Below are positions 1 through 11,789 of a stretch of DNA of 64,000 nucleotides, one piece after another (position 1 is the stretch's first letter; each line of letters starts with the position of its first letter). Made by a program: the position numbers and the translations under genes. Origin of the DNA: Octopus sinensis (lineage: Eukaryota); assembly GCF_006345805.1 (NCBI RefSeq), contig NC_043001.1, positions 25,234,001-25,298,000 on the forward strand. Reading direction: 5' to 3'. Below the pieces are notes generated by a model. That model worked only from the letters and a program-made list of their open reading frames with translations, was not told the origin of the DNA and did not search any database.

Positions 1-261
1 ACCAAAGCCTTGTGAGTGGATTTGGTAGACGGAAACTGAAAGAAGCCCGTTGTATATATGTATATATATATGTATATATGTTTGTGTCTGTGTTTGTCCC
101 CCCAACATCGCTTGACAACCGATGCTGGTGTGTTTACGTCCCCGTAACTTAGTGGTTCAGCAAAAGAGACCGACAGAATAAGTACTAGGCTTACAAAGAA
201 TAAGTCCTGGGGTCGATTTGCTCCAGCATGGCCGCAGTCAAATGACTGAAACGAGTAAAAG
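1..261 (+). mobile_element. SINE-A (tRNA-headed, CORE-like octopus SINE), 3' part cut by the window edge
   Basis: Near-identical to the 3' two-thirds of the complete copy at 61738-62146. Confidence 0.85.
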
Positions 262-664
262 AAAGAATGACTCCAGCTCATGTGAAATGATTTAGAAAAT
301 CTTATGAAGTGGAACAAATTCAACAGGTTCAAACACTCAAGTATCACTCATAAAAAAAGTATATATACAGTGACATGGAGTGCATTTTATATATATATAT
401 ATAGAGAGAGAGATTGATTGATTTGCTCATTGAAAACATGGGACATTTAATTATGTATGTTTATGTTTGTTTGATAATTAGATATTTATTATGCCTTTTT
501 CTTTTAGATGTTATAAATAACTTTTTGTTTCTTTAACATTGCTTAATTCCTATAGTTGATCTCACTATTACTATATAAGCCACTTGCATCCTGTTATAGT
601 TTATATTAACATACAGCAGTTGAGATTCAGTGCGCTTTTTTTCTTTTAGTTAGGATATTGATAG

Positions 665-890
665 TCATCATCATCGTTTAACATCCACTTTCCATGCTAG
701 CATGGGTTGGACAATTTGACTGAGGTTTGACGAACCAGATGGTTGCACCAGGCTCCAATCTGATCTAGCAGAGTTTCTACAGCTGGATGCCCTTCCTAAC
801 GCCAACCACTTCAAGAGTGTAGTGGGTGCTTTTACGTGCCACCAGCACAAGGGCCAGTCTGGCAGTACTGGCAACGGCCAGGTTTGTCCT
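665..890 (-). mobile_element. (GAT)n-tailed RTE 3'-end repeat (family B)
   Basis: catcatcatcgtttaacatccactttccatgctagcatgggttgg...gatgcccttcctaacgccaacc...gtgctttttacgtgcc, shared with many copies in the window. Confidence 0.85.
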
Positions 891-979
891 GTTTTTCTTA
901 GTCCCATGTCTGGTTTAGCCCATTATTCAGGCAAACTTTTATTTTTATTGGATTGAATAAGGAACATTACTCATGGCCT

Positions 980-1300
980 TCACATGCCCTGTAAACAGGT
1001 AAGACTGATACAGTTAGACTGTTTTTGGATAGTTGCAAGCCAGTGGCTGCATAAAAAACATAGATAGGGAAGGTATTCCAGGGAGGTTGACATTCTGGAG
1101 GAGAATTAGTGGTTAGAAAAATTGGATACAACATGGATAATGAAAGGAGGAGAAACAAATGAGTCAGGAGTGTTGGAAAGATATGAGAGCAGCCAGTTCT
1201 GTGGAGCAGAGGCCACTTTAATAGAGAAAAAAAGAGAAATGTAAGAAGGATGGAAGGAGGGAGAAAGCCAGCAGCATTTCTGTTGACCTGATGTTTCTAA
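980..1300 (-). mobile_element. Highly degenerate LINE ORF2 C-terminal relic (CR1/L2-like)
   Basis: Minus ORF 967..1158 contains PWNTFPIYVF...LQLSK, resembling the WNSLP..VF...LQ.FK end of CR1/L2-group ORF2. Confidence 0.35.
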
Positions 1301-2208
1301 GTAAACCATGCCAATTAGTCAGTTTCTTTAGATATAGCCTAATGTATGTATAACAATACCCTAATAAGGAAGCAGTACTGTGTGTCATGAACTTTGTAGT
1401 AGGTTGGTAATTGTTGTTGAGAGCTGAAGTATTTTCTCATCTCAAACAGAGAAGTCCATCCTTGTTGAGGATCTATGTTGGCCTGTGTTAGTACAGCTTA
1501 GCATTTGTAGCAACCTTATATGGCTCTAGTTTCACACTGTTCATTTTGGAATGGATAATGTTTTCTTATAATATAATTGTGTATTTACTGTGTAAGGAGG
1601 CTAGATTGGTATGGCCTCAGTGGTGGAGGTTTTCAAGGTTTCTATTCATGGAATCAGTGTAGGTTTGGTTAGACTAAGTCATATATACATGACACTTGTG
1701 TTTGGGTATGGAAAAAATTTAATCTTCTGATTAATGACATTTCAGTCACAGCCATTGTTGTTTTGTGTTATATATAAGACTACTTTGTCCAGCATGTCTT
1801 TCCATGTTTAATATAGTAGTCTAAAATTCAAGGGAAGTTTGGATGGTTGCTTATTCTAGTAAGCTGAACAAACATGTAGAGGCTCCTTTGTTAATTCACT
1901 GGTAATTAATCTGTGAACTTTTCCCATTACTTTCAAAAGTTTATTTTATCTATATTTTGAGTCTTTTGTGAATTATGATTGTAAATTTAACAAGGTTCAG
2001 CGCTCTGAGATATTTATATTACCTCACTGCTCCAACTACAAAATTCATTTCAACATCATCATAACATCCACTTTTCCATGCTTGCATGAGTTAGATGAAG
2101 TTTATTGGGGAAGATTTTCTTCAGCCAGATGCCCTCCTTGTCACCACCCTTCAGATTTAACTGGTCTTAGTTGTTGTCTAGCTATATGTTAGCCTTGATC
2201 AGTTAGAC

Positions 2209-2436
2209 CAATGATTCTCAACCATTTTTTACTTATGGACTTCTTTGATTCCCATTTTACTCAGATGGACCCTCATAGCCATTCGATGTTTAAAAATTCC
2301 TATTTTAAGAATGAAATACAATTAGGAATTGTATAAAAAATAAAATACTTTGTGTATCATAGAAATATATATAACCAATTTATTGCACATAAATTTTAAC
2401 AACAAATCTTATATGGACCCCAGTTGAGAACCACTG
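2209..2436. mobile_element. hAT-type MITE
   Basis: Imperfect TIRs CAATGATTCTCAACC (2209) and AGTTGAGAACCACTG (ends 2436); 8-bp TSD agttagac/aattagac (7 of 8 match). Confidence 0.75.
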
Positions 2437-2620
2437 AATTAGACCTTTGATTAAATATATTTCAGCTGGGATCATTTCATCTTTTCAGATATGTCTAGGG
2501 ACTATATTAGCTAATGTGTCTCCTCTTTCTATGTGGGTACTTATATTGCAATGTCAAGGGGGCTAAACCAATAAGCCTATTGGATTATTATGAACAACTG
2601 TGTGTTATAATATTACCAAA

Positions 2621-3083
2621 TCATCATCATCATTGATCGACCGTGGTCGAGACAATGGAATTTACTATGCTATGCCAGACTTCGCGGTCCATCATAGCAT
2701 TACGGAAGTCCTGTTGCTGGATGCCTGTATCCCTGGAGATTACATCAGGGTAGGAGAGTGTGCGCCCTCTGGTATCGTGAGTAGATGGCTTCCAGAGGAG
2801 AAGAGTAGAAATTGCCTCGTTTTCAGCTCTACAACAATGTCCAGCAAACTGGACTCTTCTACCTTTCACAAGAGATGATACAGGTAGTAGTTTCCCATAT
2901 ATTTGTACTTTGGTTGGATGACGCTTCCACGAGAGATTTTGAGCTCTCATAAGGAGGCGGGTGTTAGTTCCATTCAACCGCCTCTCAAGCTTCTTTGATA
3001 ACGTCCAGGTTTCTGAGCCATATAGTAGAAATGGTTCGACTGTGGCTTTGAAGATTTTGAGCTTGAAATTTCTACTTAGATTA
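2621..3083 (-). mobile_element. RTE-clade LINE, 5'-truncated 3' end
   Basis: ORF 2630..3202 contains NLSRNFKLKIFKATVEPFLLYGSETWTLSKKLERRL...QFAGHC.R...DREVW, typical of RTE; the stop runs into a (TGA)n tail; possible degenerate TSD ttaccaaa (2613-2620) / ttacaaaa (3081-3088). Confidence 0.88.
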
Positions 3084-3810
3084 CAAAAACCAGAATGACC
3101 CATTGTAAGATGGACTTTTCCATATGAAAAAGCACCATTGAAATACTTCAGCAGGAATGAACTTTGAGAAAGATGTATTTTTAATGTAGAGAAACTTAGC
3201 AAAGGACAGTTACCTTGTTAACATTACAGAAATGAACTTGCAGAATTTATTTTAGGCTGTCGATATTTGGTGTAAAAATAGATATCAATTGATTACATGA
3301 CATCTGTATGGAATTCCTTGGCCTTTTTGATTTATTGATCTTTAGCATTTCTTGATTTCATTACAATTCTGTATATCATTATCATTAACATCACCATAAC
3401 CATCATTATCACAACTATTTACATGGACCTTTCATATTTTCTTAACATACTGTTGTTATAGATTAAGCAGTTTTCAGAATAGACAGCTGTACCTATTGTT
3501 ATCCCTTGTTATTCTACCTCTGACTTATTCAAATTTTTATCTAACTACCTAACACTGAATCTTCTTAGCCTGTTTTTGCCTTATTTATTGATTGTGCATA
3601 TATCCAGCAGCAATCATCAGTTGTCTACACATTCCTATAACAAAGCAATTGTCTCTTTTGTATGCACCAACCAATATGTCCAATATTCAACCACTTTATC
3701 AATTGACTATATTTGTTCTGTCAAGTTGATATACATACAAGAGTATCACATTTAGTTTATTCATAAATAGCTGCTTTCATAGACTTATTGGTATAAAGGG
3801 TGTGGCAGAG

Positions 3811-4200
3811 AATTTATTTTATTTATTTTTATTTTATTTTATCTAGTTTCAGCTCACAAGCTGTGGCCATGCTGAGGCCCCACCATTTGGTGTTGCTACA
3901 TGATTATACTTCACGAATGCTTTTTAGCAATTGCCATTTGGTGCATGAGAGAGTTCGATGCAGCTGCCCTCATCTGCACCTCCTGCCGTGAAGTTGGTTC
4001 ATCTGGGACACCTGACAGGAAGAGATCTAGTTTTAATTTAAAGACATCTACATCCACCTCATGCAGGTCTCTCAGGTTCTTCAGGAAGATATTGAAGAGC
4101 TGTGGACCTCTGAAGCCCAGGCTATCACAGTATCTTGTCCTACATCTTGATAGCAAATTTGGAGTCCTTGGTACTATGCAGTGACGCCTAGTTCTAGCAT
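3811..4200 (-). mobile_element. CR1-like LINE 3' fragment
   Basis: ORF 3911..4156 (RYCDSLGFRGPQLFNI...DVFKLKLDLFLSGVPDEP) is homologous to the 3' ORF of the longer LINE at 52297-54105; (TAAAA)n-like tail. Confidence 0.85.
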
Positions 4201-4758
4201 TTGTGTAACTCCCAATGCAACAAAATCTAGTTGTTGTTTTTTTTTTTTTTTTTGTTTTTTTTAAGGCAGTAATTTTACTAGTGCGGGATCAGAATAGTCA
4301 TATGCTCAGTGGTGTTGAGCAGCACTCTCAGTGCTATTTCAGTAGTTTTGAAGAGAGAAAAAATGTTACTTTTGTGATTAAGATGGCTTTTTAAAAATGG
4401 CAACGCAGTTTACTCTGTGAAATTTTTATTTGCATTTTAATGTTGGCCACTATGGAAAAATACTTAATTGAAATATAATACTGTTATGAGTAAACTACTT
4501 CAGGTTGACTGATTCAACATCAAAGGAAACTATCACAAGCTGTGCAAACCTTCTGAACATTGGAGAATATTGAGGCTGCTAAGTAATCTGTATTAAGCAT
4601 TCCTCATCAACCTGCACCGAAGCATGGCGCTGTACTAAACATTTCAAATCATAGTGTGCAAAGGACATTGCACCAGGAATTAAATTTTTTCATCCTTATA
4701 AAATTTTGATTGAGCAAAAAAGAAATCAAAATCATTGGGAAAGCTGGGAAACATTTGT

Positions 4759-5120
4759 ACAGGAGTGGCTGTGTGGTAAGTAGCTTGCTTACCAACCACA
4801 TGGTTCTGAGTTCAGTCCCACTGTGTGGCACCTTGAGCAAGTGTCTTCTACTATGGCCTCAGGCCAACCAAAGCCTTGTGTGTGGATTTGGTTGATGAAA
4901 ACTGAAAGAAGCCCTATGTATGTATGTGTGTGTTTGTCCCCCCCCCAACATCGCTTGACAACCGATGCTGGTGTGTTTACATCCCGTAACTTAGCAGTTC
5001 AGCAAAAGAGGCCGATAGAATAAGTACCAGGCTTACAAAGAATAAGCCCTGGGATCAGTTTGCTCGACTAAAGGCGGTGCTTCAGCATGGCCACAGTCAA
5101 ATGACGGAAACAAGTAAAAG
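4759..5120 (+). mobile_element. SINE-A, near full length
   Basis: A-box-like GTGGCTGTGTGG, B-box-like GAGTTCAGTCCC, CCTTGAGCAAGT core-like motif, tail ...CAAGTAAAAG. Confidence 0.88.
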
Positions 5121-6660
5121 GGCAGATGACCTGGTTCTTTTCATGCATGATGTTTGTGTGTGTGTTATATAGAGTATATGTGTATTAAGAATTGTAGTAG
5201 TTTATTTCCATTCACTTCTGCACTCTGACACACACTCTCATACACACACACCCTTCACCCAGCATTAAACAATTCCACATTAAATATTATATACAGTTCA
5301 TCTTTGCTAAAATTGCATAACCTTTGAAGTCCATTCCATCTCCTATATTTCATTAATTTACTTTTAACACTTCAGCTGCAATGTTAACCCGATCCAGCTT
5401 TCTTCCTATTCTTCTCAAGGATATCTTTTTGCAACCAATATCCTCATCTTTCTATTAACAATGGAACAGAAAATTGACTTTTATCATATATTCTATTAGA
5501 TTGAGCCCTTTCATCTGTAGTACACTGGGAGCTTGACTTTGGTTTTTAGTTTACATTTCATCTCAGTCTACTTTCACTTTAATGCTGTATACGATATTTT
5601 CAGATCTCTTTTTTTTTTCTTTCTTTTTTTCTTATATTTTGGTAAACAGATTTCCACATGAAATCAACAATTCACCTGAGAGAATTGGAATCGAATATAA
5701 ACTGTTTGAAACTGACATGATCATTCTATAAATCCTATAGGCTTAATTTTGTTGAAAAGAGCTTGAGGATTTCTCATTCCCCATGAAACTACTATGTTTG
5801 TGTGGGCTGTTAACCCTATATCCAACTGTTAGTTTAATTTCTAGGACACCCACAGTTACTGGAACAATTTTTGTTTTCAACAAGTATTGTTCAGATCTAA
5901 CTGGATTAGTTTTTCTCATGGTTTTCTCTATTGGTCACTCATTAAATTTATTGATTCCATTGTTGTTTAATTTTGGTTATTTGTCAGAAACTAATATAGG
6001 TATTGTCAGTAAACTGTAGCTACTACATTCTGCTTACATTTCAGACTAAAATATATTGATTATAAATACTTTTTAATTTTTTTTTTTTATGATTTTGTTC
6101 TTATTTCCTCTTGAACAATACCTCTAGGTTGACTTTAATTCTACTAGTATGATTAGTGTTTTCAACATCTCACAAATGTCCAAATACAAAACAGATCAAT
6201 ATCGCAATTCACTGAAACCAGATAAAACTGATCATTTTATTTTCACTCCTCTTCCTTCAGACCTCATGTAACCTATTGTTGTAACTGTCAGAATTTTATT
6301 TTTTTTTTTATTTATATTTTGTGTGTGTCAGGGAGGTGCATGCCATTGTAGTTTTAAAATATGGTTGATCTTGATCTGTATTCATTCACCCTGTTATTAT
6401 TATTTTCATTAAAATATTCTGTATTTCAGTAAGCGCTTTCTAAGACTAATTGCTCTTTTCTCTTCTATAAGCTAGAGTCATCCCTAAAAGATAATCTGGA
6501 AATAATTAACATTTTCAACTCTTTGAACTGGATTAATACCTGTATTCTTTGCTAGAAATTATTGGAAATAATATGGCAGCAAACTTGGAAAAAATAGGTT
6601 GAAAAGATTAAAATCAAACAAGTCTCATGTCCTCTTAAAATATGTTCTTTGTTCTTTTGT

Positions 6661-7040
6661 TCTTTTACTTGTTTCAGTCATTTGACTGCGGCCATGCTGG
6701 AGCACCGCCTTTAGTCGAGCAAATCGACCCCAGGACTTATTCTTTGTAAGCCTAGTACTTATTCTATTGGTCTCTTTTGATGAACCACTAAGTTACGGGG
6801 ACGTAAACACACCAGCACCGGTTGTCAAGTGATGTTGGGGGGACAAACACAGACACACAAACATATATACATATATACGACGGGATTCTTTCAGTTTCCG
6901 TCTACCAAATCCACTCACAAGGCTTTGGTCGGCCCAAAACTATAGTAGAAGACACTTGCCCAAGGTGCCATGCAGTGGGACTGAACCCGGAACCATGTGG
7001 TTGGTAAGCAAGCTACTTACCACACAGCCACTCCTACGCC
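6661..7040 (-). mobile_element. SINE-A, full length
   Basis: Reverse complement of the SINE-A consensus from head to tail. Confidence 0.9.
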
Positions 7041-7274
7041 TGTTATGTTACTTTATGTTAATAATATCTTGCTGTGTCTGTTTTGTGCTGTATTCATATA
7101 GCTTGGTGCAGATGACTTCAAAGCCATGTTGCAATGCCGTTGCTTAACATTATGTAGACATAACATTTCTATTACCCTTCTTATACATGTTAGTTATATA
7201 CTTGTTTCTTGTGGTAAAAGATACAAAAATCTACTTTCGTTATTGTCATTTTATCTTCATTTTTAGGTATAAGT

Positions 7275-7899
7275 GTGGATGTGTGGTTTTTAATACAATC
7301 CCACATGGTTTTTAATACAATCCCACTGCTTGACTCCTTGGGCAAGTGTCTTCTATTATAGCTCCAAGCCAACCAAAGCCTTGTGAGTGGATTTAGTTGA
7401 CAGAAACTGAAAGAAGCTTGTCATGTGTGTAAGCGTCTGTCTGTGTACATGTGTATATGCATGCATGTTTGTGTTTCCTTCTCTTGACATCACATGAGTG
7501 TTTTAAACAAAGGTGCAGGAGTGGCTGTGTGGTAAGTAGCTTGCTTACCAACCACATGGTTCTGGGTTCAGTCCCACTGCATGGCACCTTGGGCAAGTGT
7601 CTTCTACTATAGCCTAGGGCCAACCAAAGCCTGGTGAGTGGATTTGGTAGACAGAAACTGAAGAAGCCTGTCGTGTATATGTGTATATATATATATGTGT
7701 GTGTGTGTTTGTGTTTTTTCCCCCCAACATCGCTTGACAACCGATGCTGGTGTGTTTACGTCTCCATAACTTAGCGGTTTGGCAAAAAGACCAATAGAAT
7801 AAGTACTAGGCTTACAAAGAATAAGTCCTGGGGTCAAATTGCTCAACTAAAGGCGGTGCTCCAGCATGGCCGCAGTCAAATGACTGAAACAAGTAAAAG
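7275..7899 (+). mobile_element. SINE-A: partial degenerate copy (about 7275-7480) followed by a full copy (7512-7899)
   Basis: Two successive heads/cores; the second copy is complete. Confidence 0.85.
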
Positions 7900-8251
7900 T
7901 GTATTTCCAATCTTCCTGGAAAAACACATCTGGGCAAGGGGAATATTACCTTGCTTGGAAACAGGTATGGGTTGGTGACAAGAAGGGCATTTGGCCATAG
8001 AAAATCTGCCTCAATAAACTCTGTGCAGCCCATGCAAATTTGGAAAACTGGATGTTAAAACAGTGATGATTTTCCAGTCTGGCATGTGTTGGACATCTTT
8101 TCTGAGACAGCTTTTTTTATGGCAAATGTCTTTCTTCTTGTCACTCCTTTTCAAACTCTTTTTGGGACATGCAGAGACACTGTGTATCTAATCTAAAACC
8201 AAGATACACAAAGTAAATTAATTAATGTACTGCTATTGTTACAATTTGATA

Positions 8252-8500
8252 TCATCATCATCATCGTTTAACGTCCGTTTTCCATGCTTGCATGGGTTGG
8301 ACGGTTCGACCGGGGTCTGGGAAGCCAGGAGGCTGCACCAGACTCCAGTCTGATATGGCAGTGTTTCTACAGCTGGATGCCCTTCCTAACGCCAACCACT
8401 CCGTGAGTGTAGTGGGTGCTTTTTACATGCCACCAGCACAGGGTCCAGAGGAGGCTGGCAAATAGTCACGATCGGTTGGTGCTTTTTATGTTTCACCGCC
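8252..8500 (-). mobile_element. Family B (GAT)n-tailed RTE 3'-end repeat
   Basis: Same consensus as 665-890. Confidence 0.85.
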
Positions 8501-9169
8501 ACGGTAGGTATGATTAATACGAATGGATGTAAAACTTCAAAATTTATGACTTTTTTTTTTCTAATCTGTGCTACTAGCAAGCAAGCAATATGTGTTGCAG
8601 AAATTTTGGAAAATTAATACAAGTGTACACAGTGCTTCTCTCTGCTTTATGCTAAAAGTAAATATTCGTAATGTTTATTTTATACTCTATAAACTCAAAG
8701 TAAACATTCAACTATGAATAATAAAATAAATGCATATTTTTTTTGATAACTTATAGAAAAGACAATAGATATATTTAGAGTATTATAACCTCAGGTTTGT
8801 GTGGCTGTTACAAATATTAGAATCTTATTTAATTTTGCGTGGGTAGTAGTAATTTATTTATAGATCAGAAAATGTCATGTTTAAAATCTTATGTCCAAGA
8901 TTGTCTCTCTTTCTATTTCCCATCTCTTTCTCTCCATCTTTCTTTCTCTCTGTCGCTCTCTCTCTCTTTCATGTATGCATATTAAACTGGTTAATTTGAA
9001 GACATGATTGAAACAGATTGTACAGGCTATATAAAAAATATGTAGCAAGGAATATTTGTTGAAACAACATAGCTTAATGTTGTCTTCATTTGACTTTATT
9101 GTAAGAAAAATATTGTTGGTTATATATAAATGTAACTATATTATTTACTTGCCCGAGTATTGCTGAAAT

Positions 9170-9790
9170 ATGGGTTTATGTCGAACAGCTACTGTCACAT
9201 GTAGGACGGATCCGACTATCGGCCGAATCCATAGTGAAGATTGCCCCGCCGACCTCCTTTAACAAGGAGGGCGAGGCCGTTTTCTTGTGCCTTGTGCCTT
9301 GTGGCTGTGGTGAAAGAAGTCGTGTGGTGGAATCGTTTGAAAGGGCTAAAGTCAGACACTTTCCTCTTGGTCAAGGCCTCATCAACTTTTTCAAGTTTCA
9401 CTGAAAAGGAAGAGAGGTTAGAGAGGAAAGTGCTGTCCGATAGCAAGTTTTATGAAAGGTGGGTGAATTGTGCGAGACTGGCCTGTATAAATGACCAGTT
9501 CTCAGGTTCGCCTGTGATTCAAAGAAAAAGGTAATGTAAAAGGAGAAGAAAGGGGACTCTCTAACCCCCTTTTTTTTGACCAGGCTCCGTGGCTTTTGTA
9601 GGGTTTTTTCCACCGGGAACATTTCGAGACGTCTCCCCATTTTGGGAGCTTTTCATTGTTTTTAATAATCATTGCTTTAAAGTTTTTCACGGATTGTTTA
9701 ACAACGGAGACAAACACCTTTGTAACCTTTCGTCCTGTCTTGTCCCTTTATGTAATCATGCGTGTCAGCCCTTGTGGCCAATAAAAAAGA
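9170..9790 (+). mobile_element. Tx1/L1-clade LINE 3' end (ORF2 C-terminus, 3' UTR, poly-A signal)
   Basis: Frameshifted translation ...AVFLCLV / AVVKEVVWWNRLKG...GQGLINFFKFH / ERKVLSDSKFYERWVN resembles Tx1-type ORF2 ends; a 7-bp duplication (ccttgtg x2) breaks the frame; ends CCAATAAAAAAGA. Confidence 0.62.
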
Positions 9791-10500
9791 TTGATTATTT
9801 TATAATAAGGCTTTTGAAATATAATTTCTTTAATGGTAATTCTTTAAAAATAATTTTTTTAATGGGATTGATTTGAACCTTTTTGTTGCTAAAAAGGCAA
9901 TTACTTGGTTTCTAAACACATTCTGTTATTGAAGAATTAAAAAGAAAAGAAATAAATAAAATGAGCTAAGGGAAATAATTCAAGTGGACCAATGGCATTA
10001 ATTTAGATATATTGGTTTAGAAGTAAAAAAATTCTCAATTTACTGAAATTTCTTTAGTTGTAGAAAGATTACAAAGACCTAATGCTAATTGTTAGACACC
10101 CTAAAAGAAAAAGGGGTGGAGAATCTTAGAAAATTAATTCACATGCTGAGGGGGGAAAATCTGATCTTTGTTGGTAAGCAAAGTTACAGCTACAGGCACG
10201 TTTCAGTTTTATTGAACCTCACCTGTAATACATCAAGCCTAATGATTCCTTTCTTTTGCTTTTAATAAAATGAAAGCTGACAGCACAACACACAACATAG
10301 CCAATCTTCTTAGCTTTAGTTCCTCCCATACAGTTTTAGTTTGTACATCCGGCAGCAGAATATCTCCAATCATCCCAGTTTTCAGCATAGTCACCTGCAT
10401 CTTCCCAGCAAATAGTGGGATTAAAAATCTGTTGGTTACATCATTTAGAAAATATTACTCAAAAATAAACAATTTTAAGTCAAGACACATTTTCCATACA

Positions 10501-10914
10501 ACTTCTTTATTGCCCACAAGGGGCTAAACATAGAGGGGACAAACAAGGACAGACAAACGGATTAATTCGATTACATCAACCCCAATGTGTATCTGGTACT
10601 TAATTTATCGACCCCGAAAGAATGAAAGGCAAAGTAGACCTCGGCAGAAATTGAAGTAAGAACATAATGGCAGATGAAATACCTATTTCTTTACTACCCA
10701 CAAGGGGCTAAACACAGAGAGGACAAACAAAGACAGACACACGGATTAAGTCGATTATATTGACCTCAGTGCGTAACTGGTACTTATTTAATCGACCCCG
10801 AAAGGATGAAAGGCAAAGTTAACCTCGGCGGAATTTGAACTCAGAACGTAACGGCAGACGAAATACGGCTACGCATTTCGCCCGGCGTGCTAACGTTTCT
10901 GCCAGCTCGCCGCC
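10501..10914 (-). mobile_element. SINE-C head-to-tail dimer (5'-truncated copy 10501-10683 plus full copy 10684-10914)
   Basis: The minus strand has A-box-like GAGCTGGCAGAA, B-box-like GAGTTCAAATTCC, central GCCTTTCATCCTTTCGGGGTCGA..AAGTACCAG and tail AGCCCCTTGTGGG(C/T)A.TAAAGAA; the body occurs twice. Confidence 0.85.
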
Positions 10915-11206
10915 ATGCAACTTCTGACATACAAATGCCCTTTGCTGCAATGATCAGTTGTTGTCACAAAGGGGAATAAGTATATTCATCACAGCAACAA
11001 CATAGGTTTATCTTTATGCTATTAAAAGTGAAGTTCAGTTTTGCTTGCTTGCAATGTTTTCACAGCCAAACTGGTGCTTAATGGGAAAATACTTTGAAAG
11101 TAAAGTGCCCCTGAAATGTGAATACAAAAGGAATAAAATAAGTTTCATGTTAATCGGACCAGGGTTTTGGGGTATAAATACCCAAAATGGTGCATAATGG
11201 GAAATC

Positions 11207-11475
11207 ATCATCATCGTTTAACGTCCGCTTTCCATGCAAGTATAGGTTGGCTAATTTGACTGAGGTCTGGCAAACCAGATGGCTGCACCAGGCTCCAGTC
11301 TGATCTGGCAGAGTTTCTACAGCTCGATGCCCTTCCTAATGCCAACCACTCCGAGAGTGTAGTGGGTGCTTTTACATGCCACCGATATGAGGGCCAGTCA
11401 GACAGTACTGGCAATGGCCATACTCAAATGGTTCTTTTTATGTGCCACCTGCATAGGAGCCAGTCCAGCGGCACT
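11207..11475 (-). mobile_element. Family B RTE 3'-end repeat
   Basis: Family B consensus with (CAT)n on the plus strand. Confidence 0.85.
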
Positions 11476-11670
11476 CTGAAAATAATCACCCTGAAAAGGA
11501 AGAAATTCTAACCTTTCCATTAGACACATTATGATAGGCAAAATATTTTTAAGTAAAAATAACTTAAAAATGCAGTAAATATTTTTGTAAAAGACCCATT
11601 CATAACCTAAGTATGAAATAATTTTTTTTCCATAGGTTTCTTTCGAGTGTATTCAATGTATCTGATCTCC

Positions 11671-11789
11671 AAAGATTTGGGTGCTATTTTTAGCATGCCC
11701 TGCCATCATGTAACAGCTATTTGCAATAAAGGACCTGAAATACCTGTTACGTGGTAGCAGGGCATGCAAGAAATAGCAGCCAAATCTTT
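11671..11789. repeat. Fold-back inverted repeat (about 46-bp arms, 27-nt loop)
   Basis: aaagatttgggtgctatttttagcatgccctgccatcatgtaacag (11671-11716) versus ctgttacgtggtagcagggcatgcaagaaatagcagccaaatcttt (11744-11789): 6 mismatches, 3 of them G:U-compatible on the + transcript. Confidence 0.85.

Noticed and set aside
5340-5600. Possible RTE relic (minus strand ..AGS.NIAAEVLK)
   Set aside because: A single short motif, too decayed to support a feature call.
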